Source: Octopus bimaculoides (lineage: Eukaryota). Taken from it: DNA of 43,718 nt. The position numbers and the translations under genes were made by a program. Location of the stretch: NCBI RefSeq assembly GCF_001194135.2, contig NC_068994.1, positions 30,144,789 to 30,188,506 of the forward strand. Reading direction: 5' to 3'. Numbering within the stretch: position 1 is the first letter of the stretch; each line of letters begins with the position of its first letter. The notes under the pieces were generated by a model. That model was not told the DNA's origin, ran no database searches, and saw only the letters and a list, made by a program, of their open reading frames with translations. Below are positions 33,723 through 43,718 of this stretch, piece by piece.

Positions 33723-34177
33723 ATCAAGGCAAAACTGAAACTATGGAAGCATAATGTATAAACAGTATGGGTGTGTGTGTGCATAGGTGGGGGGAAACTT
33801 ACCCAATTTATACCTGTCAAACCTTTCCAACAATCCTTCTACCCATCTCCTAATTACAGTAATTAAATGAGAACACAACTACATATTTTATCATCCTTTT
33901 CTCTGCTACTGGTTATCTCTCCCAATACCCAGAACCACTTCTTTTGATATCCATCCCTCATTCTTAACATCATCCCCTTTCCATTCACATTTTCCATCAA
34001 TCAAGCTTTCTATTCGCAGTTATCTCCCTCTTCCCTCAACCACTTCCTGTTGACTCATCTCTATGTATCTGACCACCTTTACTCCTATCAGTCTTTCACT
34101 CCCTTCCCAAACATACTCCTGCAACTTACCCACCCACCTCACATCCTATCTACTGTATTATCATTATTATTATTATT

Positions 34178-34290
34178 ATGGCAGAATCGCTAGCATGCTG
34201 GGCAAAATGCTCAGTGGCATTTCGTCCATTTTTATGTTGAGTTCAAATACTTGTTGAGATGGACCTGACCTTTCATTCTTTTTCATGACG
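34178..34290 (+). mobile_element. SINE family B head
   Basis: GGCAGAATCGCTAGCATGCTGGGCAAAATGCT..GAGTTCAAAT..CCTTTCAT. Confidence 0.75.
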
Positions 34291-34479
34291 GCAGCTCAGC
34301 ATAGTTGCAGTCTAATGACTCAAACAAGTGAAAAAGAATATATATATATATGACATTTCTGTCTATAAAAATCACACAGTGATTTTACTGTGTCTGGAGC
34401 TTTAATAAGAGTGGGTCTGACCCTGAAACCAACTGGTTGGGATGCAAACTTCTCAAACACCCAACTATGCCTTTACCTA

Positions 34480-35430
34480 CCATGTATACCTTTCATTTGA
34501 ATCTAACACAGATGATGAAAAAGCATCATGTTCTGATTGCCAACAACAGTGATTCTAAGATTGCAGCCTTCTTAAATGTTGTCGGGTCCTTCACATTTAA
34601 GATCAGCAAAGAACTCTTGGTCCCTGGTGGGAATGTGTCTTCTTTGGCCAAAAGAAAAAGACATTCTTAATAGTCAGACATTTTCAGAAAAGTGGAGTTT
34701 ATCCAACAAGACCAGGGCATCATCAAGAATCCTGGCATGTCAATGAGGGTCATTGCCAATGATCTTCATGTGTCAGAGTCAATGTTTAGATGTGTGGTGC
34801 ATGAAGACATCAAGTACCAATCCTATGATATGAGAATAGGGCAGTTCATGTCCAATAAGGCCTGGGATAACCGTGTGATATAATCAAAGCACTTGCTGAA
34901 CTAACTCAAGCACCCTGAGGAGCCTGGAGCCTAATATGGTCTAGTTCTTCTCAAATGAGAAGAATTTGTCCAAGATCAAAAAGGGAACAGAAAAAATAAC
35001 AGATGGCTCTGCACCATTCTCAATGAAGTCCCCATTGCTATGCACACTAAGTTTACATTGTCTGCAATATCTTTGGGATCGTGAGCAATGAGGGCCACGT
35101 AATGTTCACTCACTTTTCCCCACAAGTCTTAGGGTCAAAGTGGCAACCTACATTGAGACAATTGCTAAGCCCTGAATGGAGAGAGTTACTCAGGCGAATC
35201 CGTGTATGTTCTAACATGATTCTGCTCTCTCTCCTTCTCACACTACCTTGCATGGGCCTCAAAGCTATCACGATTTAAGCCTCCGCTTGATTACTACGTC
35301 AGGGATGTTGTTGAGAGGGAGACCAACAAGCATGCCCACAAGACTCGTTTATGTCTGCTATTGGGAACATTACGGCCAACATGAATAAAGATCACCTGAC
35401 CAATGCATTTAGCCATTTTTCAGAAGCTGT
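34480..35430 (+). pseudogene. maT/DD37D-like transposase pseudogene
   Basis: MSMRVIANDLHVSE..VVHEDIKY.SY, an SNEKNF-like motif then QDQK.NRKNNRW, VSNEGHVM, and a DYYV..VVERETNKH segment; multiple stops and frameshifts; same class as 11861-12550. Confidence 0.75.
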
Positions 35431-35889
35431 ATCGAGTAATCCTTCAGTTTAATATAAAATTAATTTTATAGGTACTTTCACATACACACACACACGCATG
35501 CTTGCATCCTAGTTCATCGCAGCACAAACAATTATAAAAGTAGTAATAGTTGATAATCATTATTATTTAAAACATATGCGTATGAATACACGTATGTGTA
35601 TATGTGTACAGTTGAAAATATGTGTGCACGCATATCTTACATATGTATTTTTGTACATGATAGGTATACAGTATATATTATGTAGGAAGATTGTACGTAT
35701 CAGACAGTTTACATGCAAGAATGTGTGGTATATTGGTATGTATTAAGTATGTGAAAACATGAAATCCTCTGTGTATACCTATAGTTTTTCATATATACAT
35801 GTACGTGCATAAGATATGTGCACGCATATAGCATTTTATGCATATATTTCTAAAGCTATATGTATATGATTAAAAATGCTTGTAGGTAT

Positions 35890-36850
35890 ATGTGCGCTTA
35901 TGAACTCGCGTTCGTTGTGAGCGCGCGTACATGCATGCGCACACGTTCGCGCACGCGAATCTACATAGAAAAGTACTGACTGAGACAAATTCTGCTCCTT
36001 GCTATAAGTTAGCATTCTAGTGAAACCTGCTGAAAGAGAATTGTAGTAAAAGTCACCTACTGATCCTATAGTATAGTTGGAAGAGCCCGACATTATGAAT
36101 GCAGTCAACATGAAGAAATCTTGACGAATTCGCAAATCCAGTAACAACATGAGATTTTCTTAACAACAAAGAAGCGGTGTAGCCGGTTTTTATGTTCCTT
36201 TGCAATAAATATCCTGTTTTCTATTTTTTTCTGTATCGGCTAATGTTAATTCAGTACAAGAGATATAAAATAAATTGATTATAATGATACTCTGCTGTTA
36301 TTTCACGGCTGAATCTTTCTAAAACCATAGAAACATTTCTGCAAAAACTTGTCCTCGCAACCTACTGATAGCTGCTTCTTTTGGCAACTGCATCTTTACT
36401 GCATAACTAAAATGGCATCTCAAAGACTAGCTTTCCGGAGCCGGGAAATATATCAGTTTTGATAGAGATGCTGAACTAATTCAAGTCACAGACTTGGCCC
36501 TGACTGTATTTGTGTTTCCACTCCTGAGAGTGTACTCATTTCAACATCGGGAATTTTCGGTAAATAAGTTGTCGGGGTGGGGGCGGGGGGTACGACAGCA
36601 AGAACTAAATAAAGAAAACACGAGGGAAATAAGGGAATTTACTTTATTTTCCGGCAAACAGGTCGAATTTTTCAGATCAAGTTTACAGCCAAAAGTAGTA
36701 GGTCGATTTATACACCAAAATGACTTTGGAGGACCAAACCATGCAAAATGCAACAGGATTTGGAAAAATAGCGACGCTGTTTGAATGTTTACATTTCATA
36801 TTTACACTATATACTATTTCGACTAGTATGCCGGAAAATACGGGATATGG
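35890..36850. promoter_or_regulatory. CpG-rich unique segment, candidate promoter/first exon (possibly of the minus-strand ZNF gene)
   Basis: CpG cluster at 35905-35957 (GCGCGCGTACATGCATGCGCAC), GC box GGGGCGGGG near 36580, CCGGAA ETS-like sites, AAAATGGC YY1-like site; lies at the CpG transition. Confidence 0.4.
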
Positions 36851-37679
36851 AAGAGTCAGTATCATAAAGTTCTGAGATAGATGTTAACGATGGATAGATG
36901 TTAACGGTTGAAATTCTAGAGATAGTAAGAGACATTTAGCTGGACATGGTAGAATTTTAATGAGCAAAAATTTGGCTATCACAGTTGAAGCATCATAGGT
37001 AGAGAGAGCACTATAGTCAGTAGGACAATGAGAGCCAGGATGTTCGGGGTGGGGGGGGGCATTGTGGTAATGGGAGAAGTGACAGGAAAGAGGCCTGGCC
37101 TTGTGATTTTAGTCTTGATAAGGGAAGGAAAGCNNNNNNNNNNAGTGACAGGAAAGAGGCCTGGCCTTGTGATTTTAGTCTTGATAAGGGAAGGAAAGCA
37201 TTGTAAAGCTGACTGCAGTTTTCTTTCTTTCTTTCTTTCAGCCGAAAGAATCTGTTTCTCTACATGAATTCTGTAACTGAGTCAACAACCTCCGCTTGTA
37301 TTTCGTGTCCGAACTAAAATTTTCTACAGTTTTGCCTCTGTTGCCCGTATTCAATCATCACAAGACTTAAGAGTCGATTCTCACAACTCCATCGATTTTG
37401 TGACAGTCAGTTTAGTGTGTTAATGGTGAAGCATGCCTTCAGACATTCAGTTGTCTCTAATGACTAGATATTTCAATACGACTGGAACTTCGAAGATCTA
37501 CTGCAGCTTTCTACCTTCTTATTCATTAATTTCACATTTTCCATTTTATCCACTGTTGAGAACTTGGTATATAAGGCCACATTTAATCCGGTTGTCTGAG
37601 CTCCTTGCTGTTGTTATTGTATGATTAATGACCGTACCCTTTCATCTTGTCAAAATTCAGCACATAACAGTCATCAGCG

Positions 37680-38935
37680 AGTACATTCCATTCCTTGATG
37701 CTGATTACAAAGTGAAAGAAACGTTCTATGCACAGCTGCACTTTATCTTTTCCAACATTTGAAAAGAAGACTAGGTCATCGTTCTGGGAATTTTAACACT
37801 AGGGTATGGAGAGATGAAAAGTTTTGGAAGGGTCCAGTTGCGAAAATGATACTGGAAATGTGAACTCTAACGGAGCTCTTCTAACGAAATGTGTTGAACA
37901 TGATCTTAAAATCACCAGGCGTGGCTGTGTGGTAAGCAGCTTGCTTACCAACCACATAGTTCCGGGTTCAGTCCCACTGCGTGGCACCTTGGGCAACTGT
38001 CTTCTACTATAGCTTCGGGCCGACCAAAGCCTTGTGAGTGGATTTGGTAGGCGGAAACTGAAAGAATCCCGTCGTACACACACACACACACACATATATG
38101 TATGTTTGTGTGTCTGTGTTTGTCCCCCAACATCGCTTGATAACCGATGCTGGTGCGTTCACGTCCCCGTAACTTTGCGGTTCTGATAACAGCGTAGAGT
38201 CTACTAGTATAGTGTCTGCTAGTGAAGGAAACTTTCAGAGCAATCCTTTGTGGCATTGATGTTACTTACAAGTTCAGGCTCTCCATCAACCTAAATATAA
38301 ATCAAATGCTGTTTTAACAAGTTGCAGGGACGATTAATTTCAAGTATCTTCATGAGAACATCAACAACTTTGGCTGCTTAAGGAGACATTTCTCGGTCAT
38401 TGCTAACATCAACGGCAAAATATTAATTTCATTTGAAATTTACTGGAACTGCCTTTGAGCACCTACGAACACTAGGTTTCCAGAACTAAGATATCCGGTC
38501 AGAAATTATTGTCTTATATATATATATAAATGTCATCGCTGCTCTTCTGTATGGACCAGTAACTGGAGTCAATTACTGTCGACTCTGATTCATTTATAGT
38601 GCTTCCAACAACATTGTCTTCGTAGCATTCTCAAGGCCAGCTGGAAGGACTACAGAACGAACTAACATCAGCCTTCTCAAAGAGTCAAAAGACCAATGGC
38701 ATCGAAGCAGCTATCACCAAGAATCGTGTTCGATATGTAGAACACGTGATTCAAATAGAGGACAATCGCTTCTCTAAGCATTTCCTCTACGGCCAACAGT
38801 GGTATGAGTAATGAACAAGAGCGGATGGTTGGAGTGTTTCAAGGAAGTCTTGCAAGAAACACTAAAAAGAAACTGTAACACTAACATCAACAACTTGAAA
38901 GATTTCGTTCATGCCAGGACAGCCAAGAATTTCCT
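37680..38935 (+). pseudogene. Decayed RTE (BovB-like) LINE interrupted by a SINE
   Basis: VKETFYAQL..GNVNSNG..TKCVEHDLKIT (APE); after the SINE, RT C-terminal remnants LLYG, QQHCLRSILK, GIEAAITKNRVR. Confidence 0.7.
37917..38182 (+). mobile_element. SINE family A, CpG-intact copy
   Basis: GGCGTGGCTGTGTGGTAAG..TTCCGGGTTCAGTCCCACTGCGTGGCACCTTGGGCAA..CGGGCCGACC..CCCGTCG. Confidence 0.92.
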
Positions 38936-39337
38936 CAATCAAGGACAATTTTGAAGGATCCCAACGAAAACAGTGAGGGGCTAGGGGCAGGGGAAAAAAA
39001 GCAATGAACCAGACTGTCAAAACCCTTTCTTTCTTTCAGATAATGATCAGCCATCACTGACAAAAGACCTATACCACTGGAAATGAACTTATTGAGTCAC
39101 CTGCGCACGCATGCCAATACCTCTTAATCTGGAAGACCATCGTCTTCGATTTCAAGGCACTACTACACGATTACTATCTCATAACATTCTCATAAAATAG
39201 TAAGTCTTAAAATTATCGCAGCCATTAAAGGCCAATACATACTATATAACACACATGTGCATAACCCTCATTCTGCAATGACTCTAAACGGAAGCAGTTT
39301 TTATTTTACTTCTATTGACACTATATTTCATGTATTA

Positions 39338-39538
39338 GTTTCAAATTTTGGCACAAAGCCAATAATTTCGGGAGAGGTGGGTAAGTCGATTATGTCAACC
39401 CCAGTGTTCAACTAGTACTTATTTTAAAGAAAGGAAAAGTTTACCTCGGCGGAATTTCAACTCAGAACGTAAAGACGGACGAAATGCCGTTAAGCATTTT
39501 GCCCGGCTTGCTAATGATTCTGCCAACTCGCCGCCTTA
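39338..39538 (-). mobile_element. SINE family B, CpG-intact copy
   Basis: CCTCGGCGGAATTTCAACTCAGAACGTAAAGACGGACGAAATGCCG..TGCCAACTCGCCGCC. Confidence 0.9.
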
Positions 39539-39879
39539 TCTATATTTTATCTATATTTTATGTATTACGAATCAGAACTCTTGGCATATTTATTTAATAA
39601 CTTTACGAGTAGTATAAACTTGAAAATTAGCAAAAATCGTATCTCTTTAACATCAAGAAAGTCACTACTGAATTAGATACTGTAGGACCTCTAAAAGTCA
39701 AAGCCGACCATCCATTTGCACACATATGTGAAGGACTAGGCAAGATTTTTTGAGAAAGGTTGGCCATTAGCCTTGTATGCAAGTCTCCTATATTTCCCCG
39801 ACACGGTTGTTTTGCCAAAGGAAAAGTCGCCGACTCGGTCCGATACAGCTTGGCGCCAGGACGTCACAGATATTGTTAT

Positions 39880-40050
39880 TAGAATGAAAAGAGTTCGAAC
39901 AAATACTGCAAGGCATCCTGCCCGACCCTCTTACAGGTCCATCATTCCACTGCCATGGCTGGTATCTTTTTTTATATCGACCCTGAAAAATGAAAGACAA
40001 AGTTGACCTCGGTGGAATTTGAACCCAGAGCGCAAGGAGTCAGAATACCG
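39880..40050 (-). mobile_element. SINE family B-related fragments
   Basis: TATCGACCCTGAAAAATGAAAGACAAAGTTGACCTCGGTGGAATTTGAACCCAGAGCG, preceded by a diverged head segment. Confidence 0.65.
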
Positions 40051-40230
40051 CGTCGCATCACATCTAACATTTTAACGACATTTTGTCGCTTTGTATACTG
40101 AATTCAATACATAAATTTGCATATATTTGCATTTTGATAATGAACAAGTGAAACCCGTAGAATTTTTGTTAGTTTGTTATAGTCTTAATCATACGTACTA
40201 ATTTTTTTTTATTAATAACTATCCTTCAAG

Positions 40231-40604
40231 AGAGTGGTGGTGCGGTTAAGAAGCTTGCTTTGCAACCACGTAGTATCGAATTCAGTCCCACTTCATAGAA
40301 CCATAGGTAAGTGTCTTCTACCATAGCACCGGGCCGACTGATGCCTTGTGAATGGATTCAGTAGACGGAAACTATTTGGAAGCCTGTTGTGTGTGCGTAT
40401 GAATGTGCGTGTATCTTTGTGTTTATCTCCCACCACCGCTTGACAACTGGTGTTGTTTTGATTTCGTCCCCTTAACTTAGCGGTTTGGCAGACTGACAGA
40501 ATAAATACCAGACTTAAAAATAAGTACTAGGGTCAATTTGTTTGACTAAACCTGTTAAGGCCACGCATGGCCGCAGTCCAATCACTGAAACAAATAAAAT
40601 AAAA
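40231..40604 (+). mobile_element. SINE family A, near full length
   Basis: A/B-box-like head through to CATGGCCGCAGTC..ACTGAAACAAATAAAATAAAAG. Confidence 0.9.
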
Positions 40605-40789
40605 GGCAGAAAGTTATATAACTAATAAAAGCAACATTTTACATTTTTCCTAGAAATAATTTCGAAATATTATTTACTCGATCTCTTTTCACCTATTATC
40701 GTATCTATGGTACTATATCGTATTTGTCTATGAGTAAAATGATGTTACATTATTGAAATATTATCCAATATTTTCGGGAAATTAGGAAT

Positions 40790-40962
40790 CTGGGCGAAAT
40801 GCTTAGCTGCATTTCGTCCGTCTTTACGTTCTGAGTTCAAATTCCGCTTTACCTTTCATCCTTTCGAGGTCGATAAAATAATACCAGTTGAATACTGGGG
40901 TCGATTTAATTGACTTAGCTCCTTTCCCAAATCTGCTGGCCTAATGCCAAAATTTGGAACCA
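40790..40962 (+). mobile_element. SINE family B at the truncated 3' end of the hAT transposase
   Basis: GGGCGAAATGCTTAGC..ACGTTCTGAGTTCAAATTCCGC..CCTTTCATCCTTTCGAGGTCGATAAAATAATACCAG. Confidence 0.9.
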
Positions 40963-40967
40963 ATATT

Positions 40968-42030
40968 TTCAGGAAATATTTCAGGTAAATGGAAGCCTCT
41001 GCACCTAGGAAGTAATCAAGCTGCGAATTTTTAACTTTCCTTATCCACAATTCTAATTTGTCGGTGAAAAACTTTAATTTGCCTGTAATTGTAATAATAT
41101 TTTCGTTCACTCCTTGCAGACTCAAAATTAAAACGTTTAACTTCTCAAAAAGATCGTTGAGAAATGCTACTTCCAGCCACCAATTATCATTGTTATGAAA
41201 TTCAAATCCAGAATTTTCACCATCGAAGAAACATATTTCATTTCGCAAAGAAATAAATCGAGAGAGCACTTTTCCTTTCGAAAGCCATTGCACTTCTTTA
41301 TGAAGCAGCAAACACTTAAAATCAGAATCCATAGTTTCACACAGCAAATCAAAATGTCTGCACCGTAGGGAATGCGATTTTATGTAATTCACCACTTTAA
41401 CAACGCTGTCCATCGTCTTCAGGAGACCATCAGGTAGAGATTTTGACACCAAAACTTCGCGGTGAACCATGCAATGTACAATTTTAACTTGTGAATTGTT
41501 TTGTAATACATGAGCGACGAAGCCTTTTTTTCGATCCTGCATGGAAGGAGCGCCATCAATGCAAACGCAAACAAATTTGCCACTGCATCCTTCTCAATAC
41601 GACATTTTGGTTTACAGGTTAAAGACATCTTCTGTCGTTCTTTCCTTCAATTCACAACAAAAGAAAAACTGACTTATGATTTTACCACCTCTGATGATTC
41701 GCAGAAATGACATTAGTTGAGCTTTGTTGCTGATGTCTGTACTTTCATCGATTTGTAAGGCCCACAAGTTTTCGAGTTCATTTTTTGCTTCAGTGAAATG
41801 TTCGCGGAGCTGATCATCAACGTCTTGTGAAATGTCTTGAATTTTACGAGAAATCGTGTGGGNNNNNNNNNNNNNNNNNNNNNNNNNNNNNNNNNNATCA
41901 TTGTGCTAACGGCGATCTCCAAGGCTGTAGAATAATGTTTTCAGCGTCAGAATGTGACTGTTTACTTCTTTGCCAAAAGCTGGGCAGTTTCGTAACTCGC
42001 GATTTGAGCTTTCTCGGGAATTGAGTGAAA
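40968..42030 (-). pseudogene. hAT (Buster/Charlie-type) transposase pseudogene
   Basis: LQIDESTDISNKAQL (catalytic D), CIDGAPSM, HCMVHREVL (CxxH motif), LLLHKEVQWLSKGKVLSRF, AFLNDLFEKLN; frameshifts and stops upstream of 41542; the C-terminus is lost. Confidence 0.92.
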
Positions 42031-42459
42031 TTTCTTCAGCCTTCTTGATTGAATCTTAAATTATTTCTTAACATCTGAAAGTATTTTCTGGTTTGTCCTT
42101 ATGTTACGGATGATTTGTTATTAAATGACGTTGAAGTTTACTGGGAACCATCACTTCATTTGAGAGTTAAACAAATCAAACAAAAAGAAACCGGATAATA
42201 TAAAGCCATATTGGATTTAATTTTCATTATATTTTCGTTTTGATGAGGTGGACTTTTTATTCTGGTATTCGTCTTGTTTGCTATGACTCTCTTTCTCATT
42301 TTTCTGAGGTCTCAATAAAAATTTGTCCATGTTTAAATCTAAAACTAAAAATCGATTAAAATTAACATAAAATGATTTATGTAGATTATAAATAAATCAA
42401 AAACTACTAAACAATTTACTTACAAACAATCCTCGGTTTAGATGCTGAAATATATATTC

Positions 42460-42669
42460 TGAAACATATAATTTTGGGGGATAGGGCCATTCGATTAGAT
42501 CGACTCCAGTAAACAACTGGTATTTAATTTATCGACCCGAAAGGATGAAAAGCAAAGTCGACCTCGGCGGAATTTGAACTCAGAACGTAGTGGCAGATGA
42601 AATACCGCTAAGCATTTCACCCGGCGTGCAAACAATTCTGCCAGCTCGCCACCTTGCCAGTTCGCCGCC
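42460..42669 (-). mobile_element. SINE family B inside the hAT 5' region
   Basis: TATCGACCCGAAAGGATGAAAAGCAAAGTCGACCTCGGCGGAATTTGAACTCAGAACG..CCAGCTCGCC. Confidence 0.92.
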
Positions 42670-42687
42670 TTAGAAATGTATTATATT

Positions 42688-42822
42688 CATTTCTTTATTG
42701 CCCAAAGTGGGGCTAAACATAGAAGGGACAAACAAGGACAGACAAAGGAATTAAGTCGACTACATCGAGCCCAGTGCGTAACATTTTGCCCGGCGTACTA
42801 ACGTTTCTGCCAGTTCGCTGCC
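42688..42822 (-). mobile_element. Internally deleted SINE B variant flanked by an 18-bp direct repeat
   Basis: TTAGAAATGTATTATATT (42670-42687) and TTAGAAATGTAATATATT (42823-42840) flank it with one mismatch. Confidence 0.8.
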
Positions 42823-43099
42823 TTAGAAATGTAATATATTGTAGCAAAACTGCTATTCGACGTGTAACGTAAATTAATTTATATTTAGCGTATTTTACTA
42901 TTTATGTAAGTAATTTATATTAATACTCGAGGAACTTCGCGAATGTTTTTGGATCATTGTTACCCGAAAATCCCGAAAATATTTTTCGCGGCACACAGTT
43001 TGGCAGACACTGCTCTTTGGGCAGTAATATATTTTTTTAGGAAGTCGCCTATACTGCTAAGCGCTTTATAGGTGCGAAACCAATGGCCACTCTATGACT

Positions 43100-43268
43100 G
43101 GCAATGGCGTAGCTGTGTGGCAAGCAGGTTACTTCCCAACCACATGGTCCCGGGTTCAGTCCCACTGTAGGATACCTTGAGCAAGTGTCTTCTACTATAA
43201 CCTCGAGCCAACCAAAACCTTGTGAGTGAATTTGGTAGTCGGAAACTGAAAGAAGCCCGTCGTATATA
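43100..43268 (+). mobile_element. SINE family A 5' half
   Basis: GCTGTGTGGCAAG..CCCGGGTTCAGTCCCACTG..GGAAACTGAAAGAAGCCCGTCGTATATA. Confidence 0.9.
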
Positions 43269-43270
43269 TA

Positions 43271-43424
43271 GTAGGCTTACAGTTGTATATTTTATTTTTT
43301 CATTTAAAAAACATTGTACAATTTTAGTCCCGTAAATGCTCATAATGTTTGCCCTGAACATTGACATGCTTGACTGTCCTGTAAAAATAAAAATACACAA
43401 CTGTTAGCCTACTTTTGCACCACC

Positions 43425-43427
<3 letters not shown>
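43271..43427. mobile_element. Tc1/mariner-type MITE, left end clipped
   Basis: GTAGGCTTACAGTTGTATATTTTATTTT is inverted to AAAAATAAAAATACACAACTGTTAGCCTAC; the right end is TTTTGCACCACCCTG|TA. Confidence 0.7.
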
Positions 43428-43455
<28 letters not shown>

Positions 43456-43458
<3 letters not shown>

Positions 43459-43700
43459 TTAGGGAAAATAACCAAGTTTCAAGAACTCATCGATGAAAAT
43501 CCACTATCACATATAGAAAAATTAACAATTAAAAGCACAATAAATGAGTATAATATAAAGCAAAGTAAATATCATAAGATAAAGATAATAAAATGATTAC
43601 ACGTGTTTCATAACTAATTTTCAAATAGAAAGGAAATTTAAATCGATTAAAATCAATTGAAATTATCGAAAATTAAATTCTATTCAAAAATATAGCTAAT
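43456..43700 (+). repeat. Dispersed AT-rich repeat, homologous to 5575-5815
   Basis: Begins right after a (TA)n tract; shares the blocks listed for 5575-5815. Confidence 0.8.
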
Positions 43701-43718
43701 CGTCAGATCGTAAGTAGA

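Larger units (their letters stand above)
40968..43012 (-). mobile_element. hAT DNA transposon (5' terminus present, 3' end not found)
   Basis: Minus-strand terminus CAGTGTCTGCCAAACTGTGTGCCGCG at 43012, upstream of the transposase; the link between the two is inferred. Confidence 0.65.

Noticed and set aside
36494-36784. 96-aa ORF in the CpG-rich segment
   Set aside because: It has a non-ATG start, no recognisable domain, and is better explained as promoter or UTR sequence
37079-37199. 55-nt direct repeat GTGACAGGAAAGAGG...GGAAAGC
   Set aside because: Identical copies flank a 10-N gap; most likely an assembly artefact
37917-37990. tRNA gene
   Set aside because: A- and B-box-like words are present but there is no cloverleaf, and the sequence continues as a multicopy SINE body
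40856-40967. C-terminal part of the 228-aa hAT ORF (..ILVPNFGIRPADLG..)
   Set aside because: It is read-through into the antisense of a SINE B, not transposase

Overview
This is AT-rich, microsatellite-laden animal genomic DNA with 10 N gaps (3124-3526, 5936-6816, 7836-7921, 11761-11860, 13636-14272, 28491-28965, 29386-29395, 29829-30740, 37134-37143, 41863-41896). The SINE/RTE families and the single-coding-exon C2H2 genes look like an octopus (coleoid cephalopod); this is inferred from recognition, not from a search. I can support two intact host genes, both C2H2 zinc-finger genes, in convergent orientation: 8920-9462 (+, 5 fingers) and 24469-26586 (-, 10 fingers plus long polyQ). Most of the rest is transposon debris: Helitrons (one carrying a Pif1 helicase fragment), mariner, maT/DD37D-like and hAT transposase remnants, RTE, CR1-like and Penelope-like retroelement pieces, MITEs and over 20 SINE copies. 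Most notable observations: (1) a fold-back inverted duplication at 21232-22794 in which one arm carries a Helitron and the other preserves the exact empty site; (2) a sharp CpG-depleted to CpG-rich transition at about 35-36 kb that coincides with a promoter-like segment; (3) an RTE/Penelope chimeric junction at a CCCTTC microhomology; (4) degenerate hammerhead-ribozyme-like motifs. I found no CRISPR array, rRNA or true tRNA gene. Repeat boundaries were placed by eye and are approximate unless termini are quoted.
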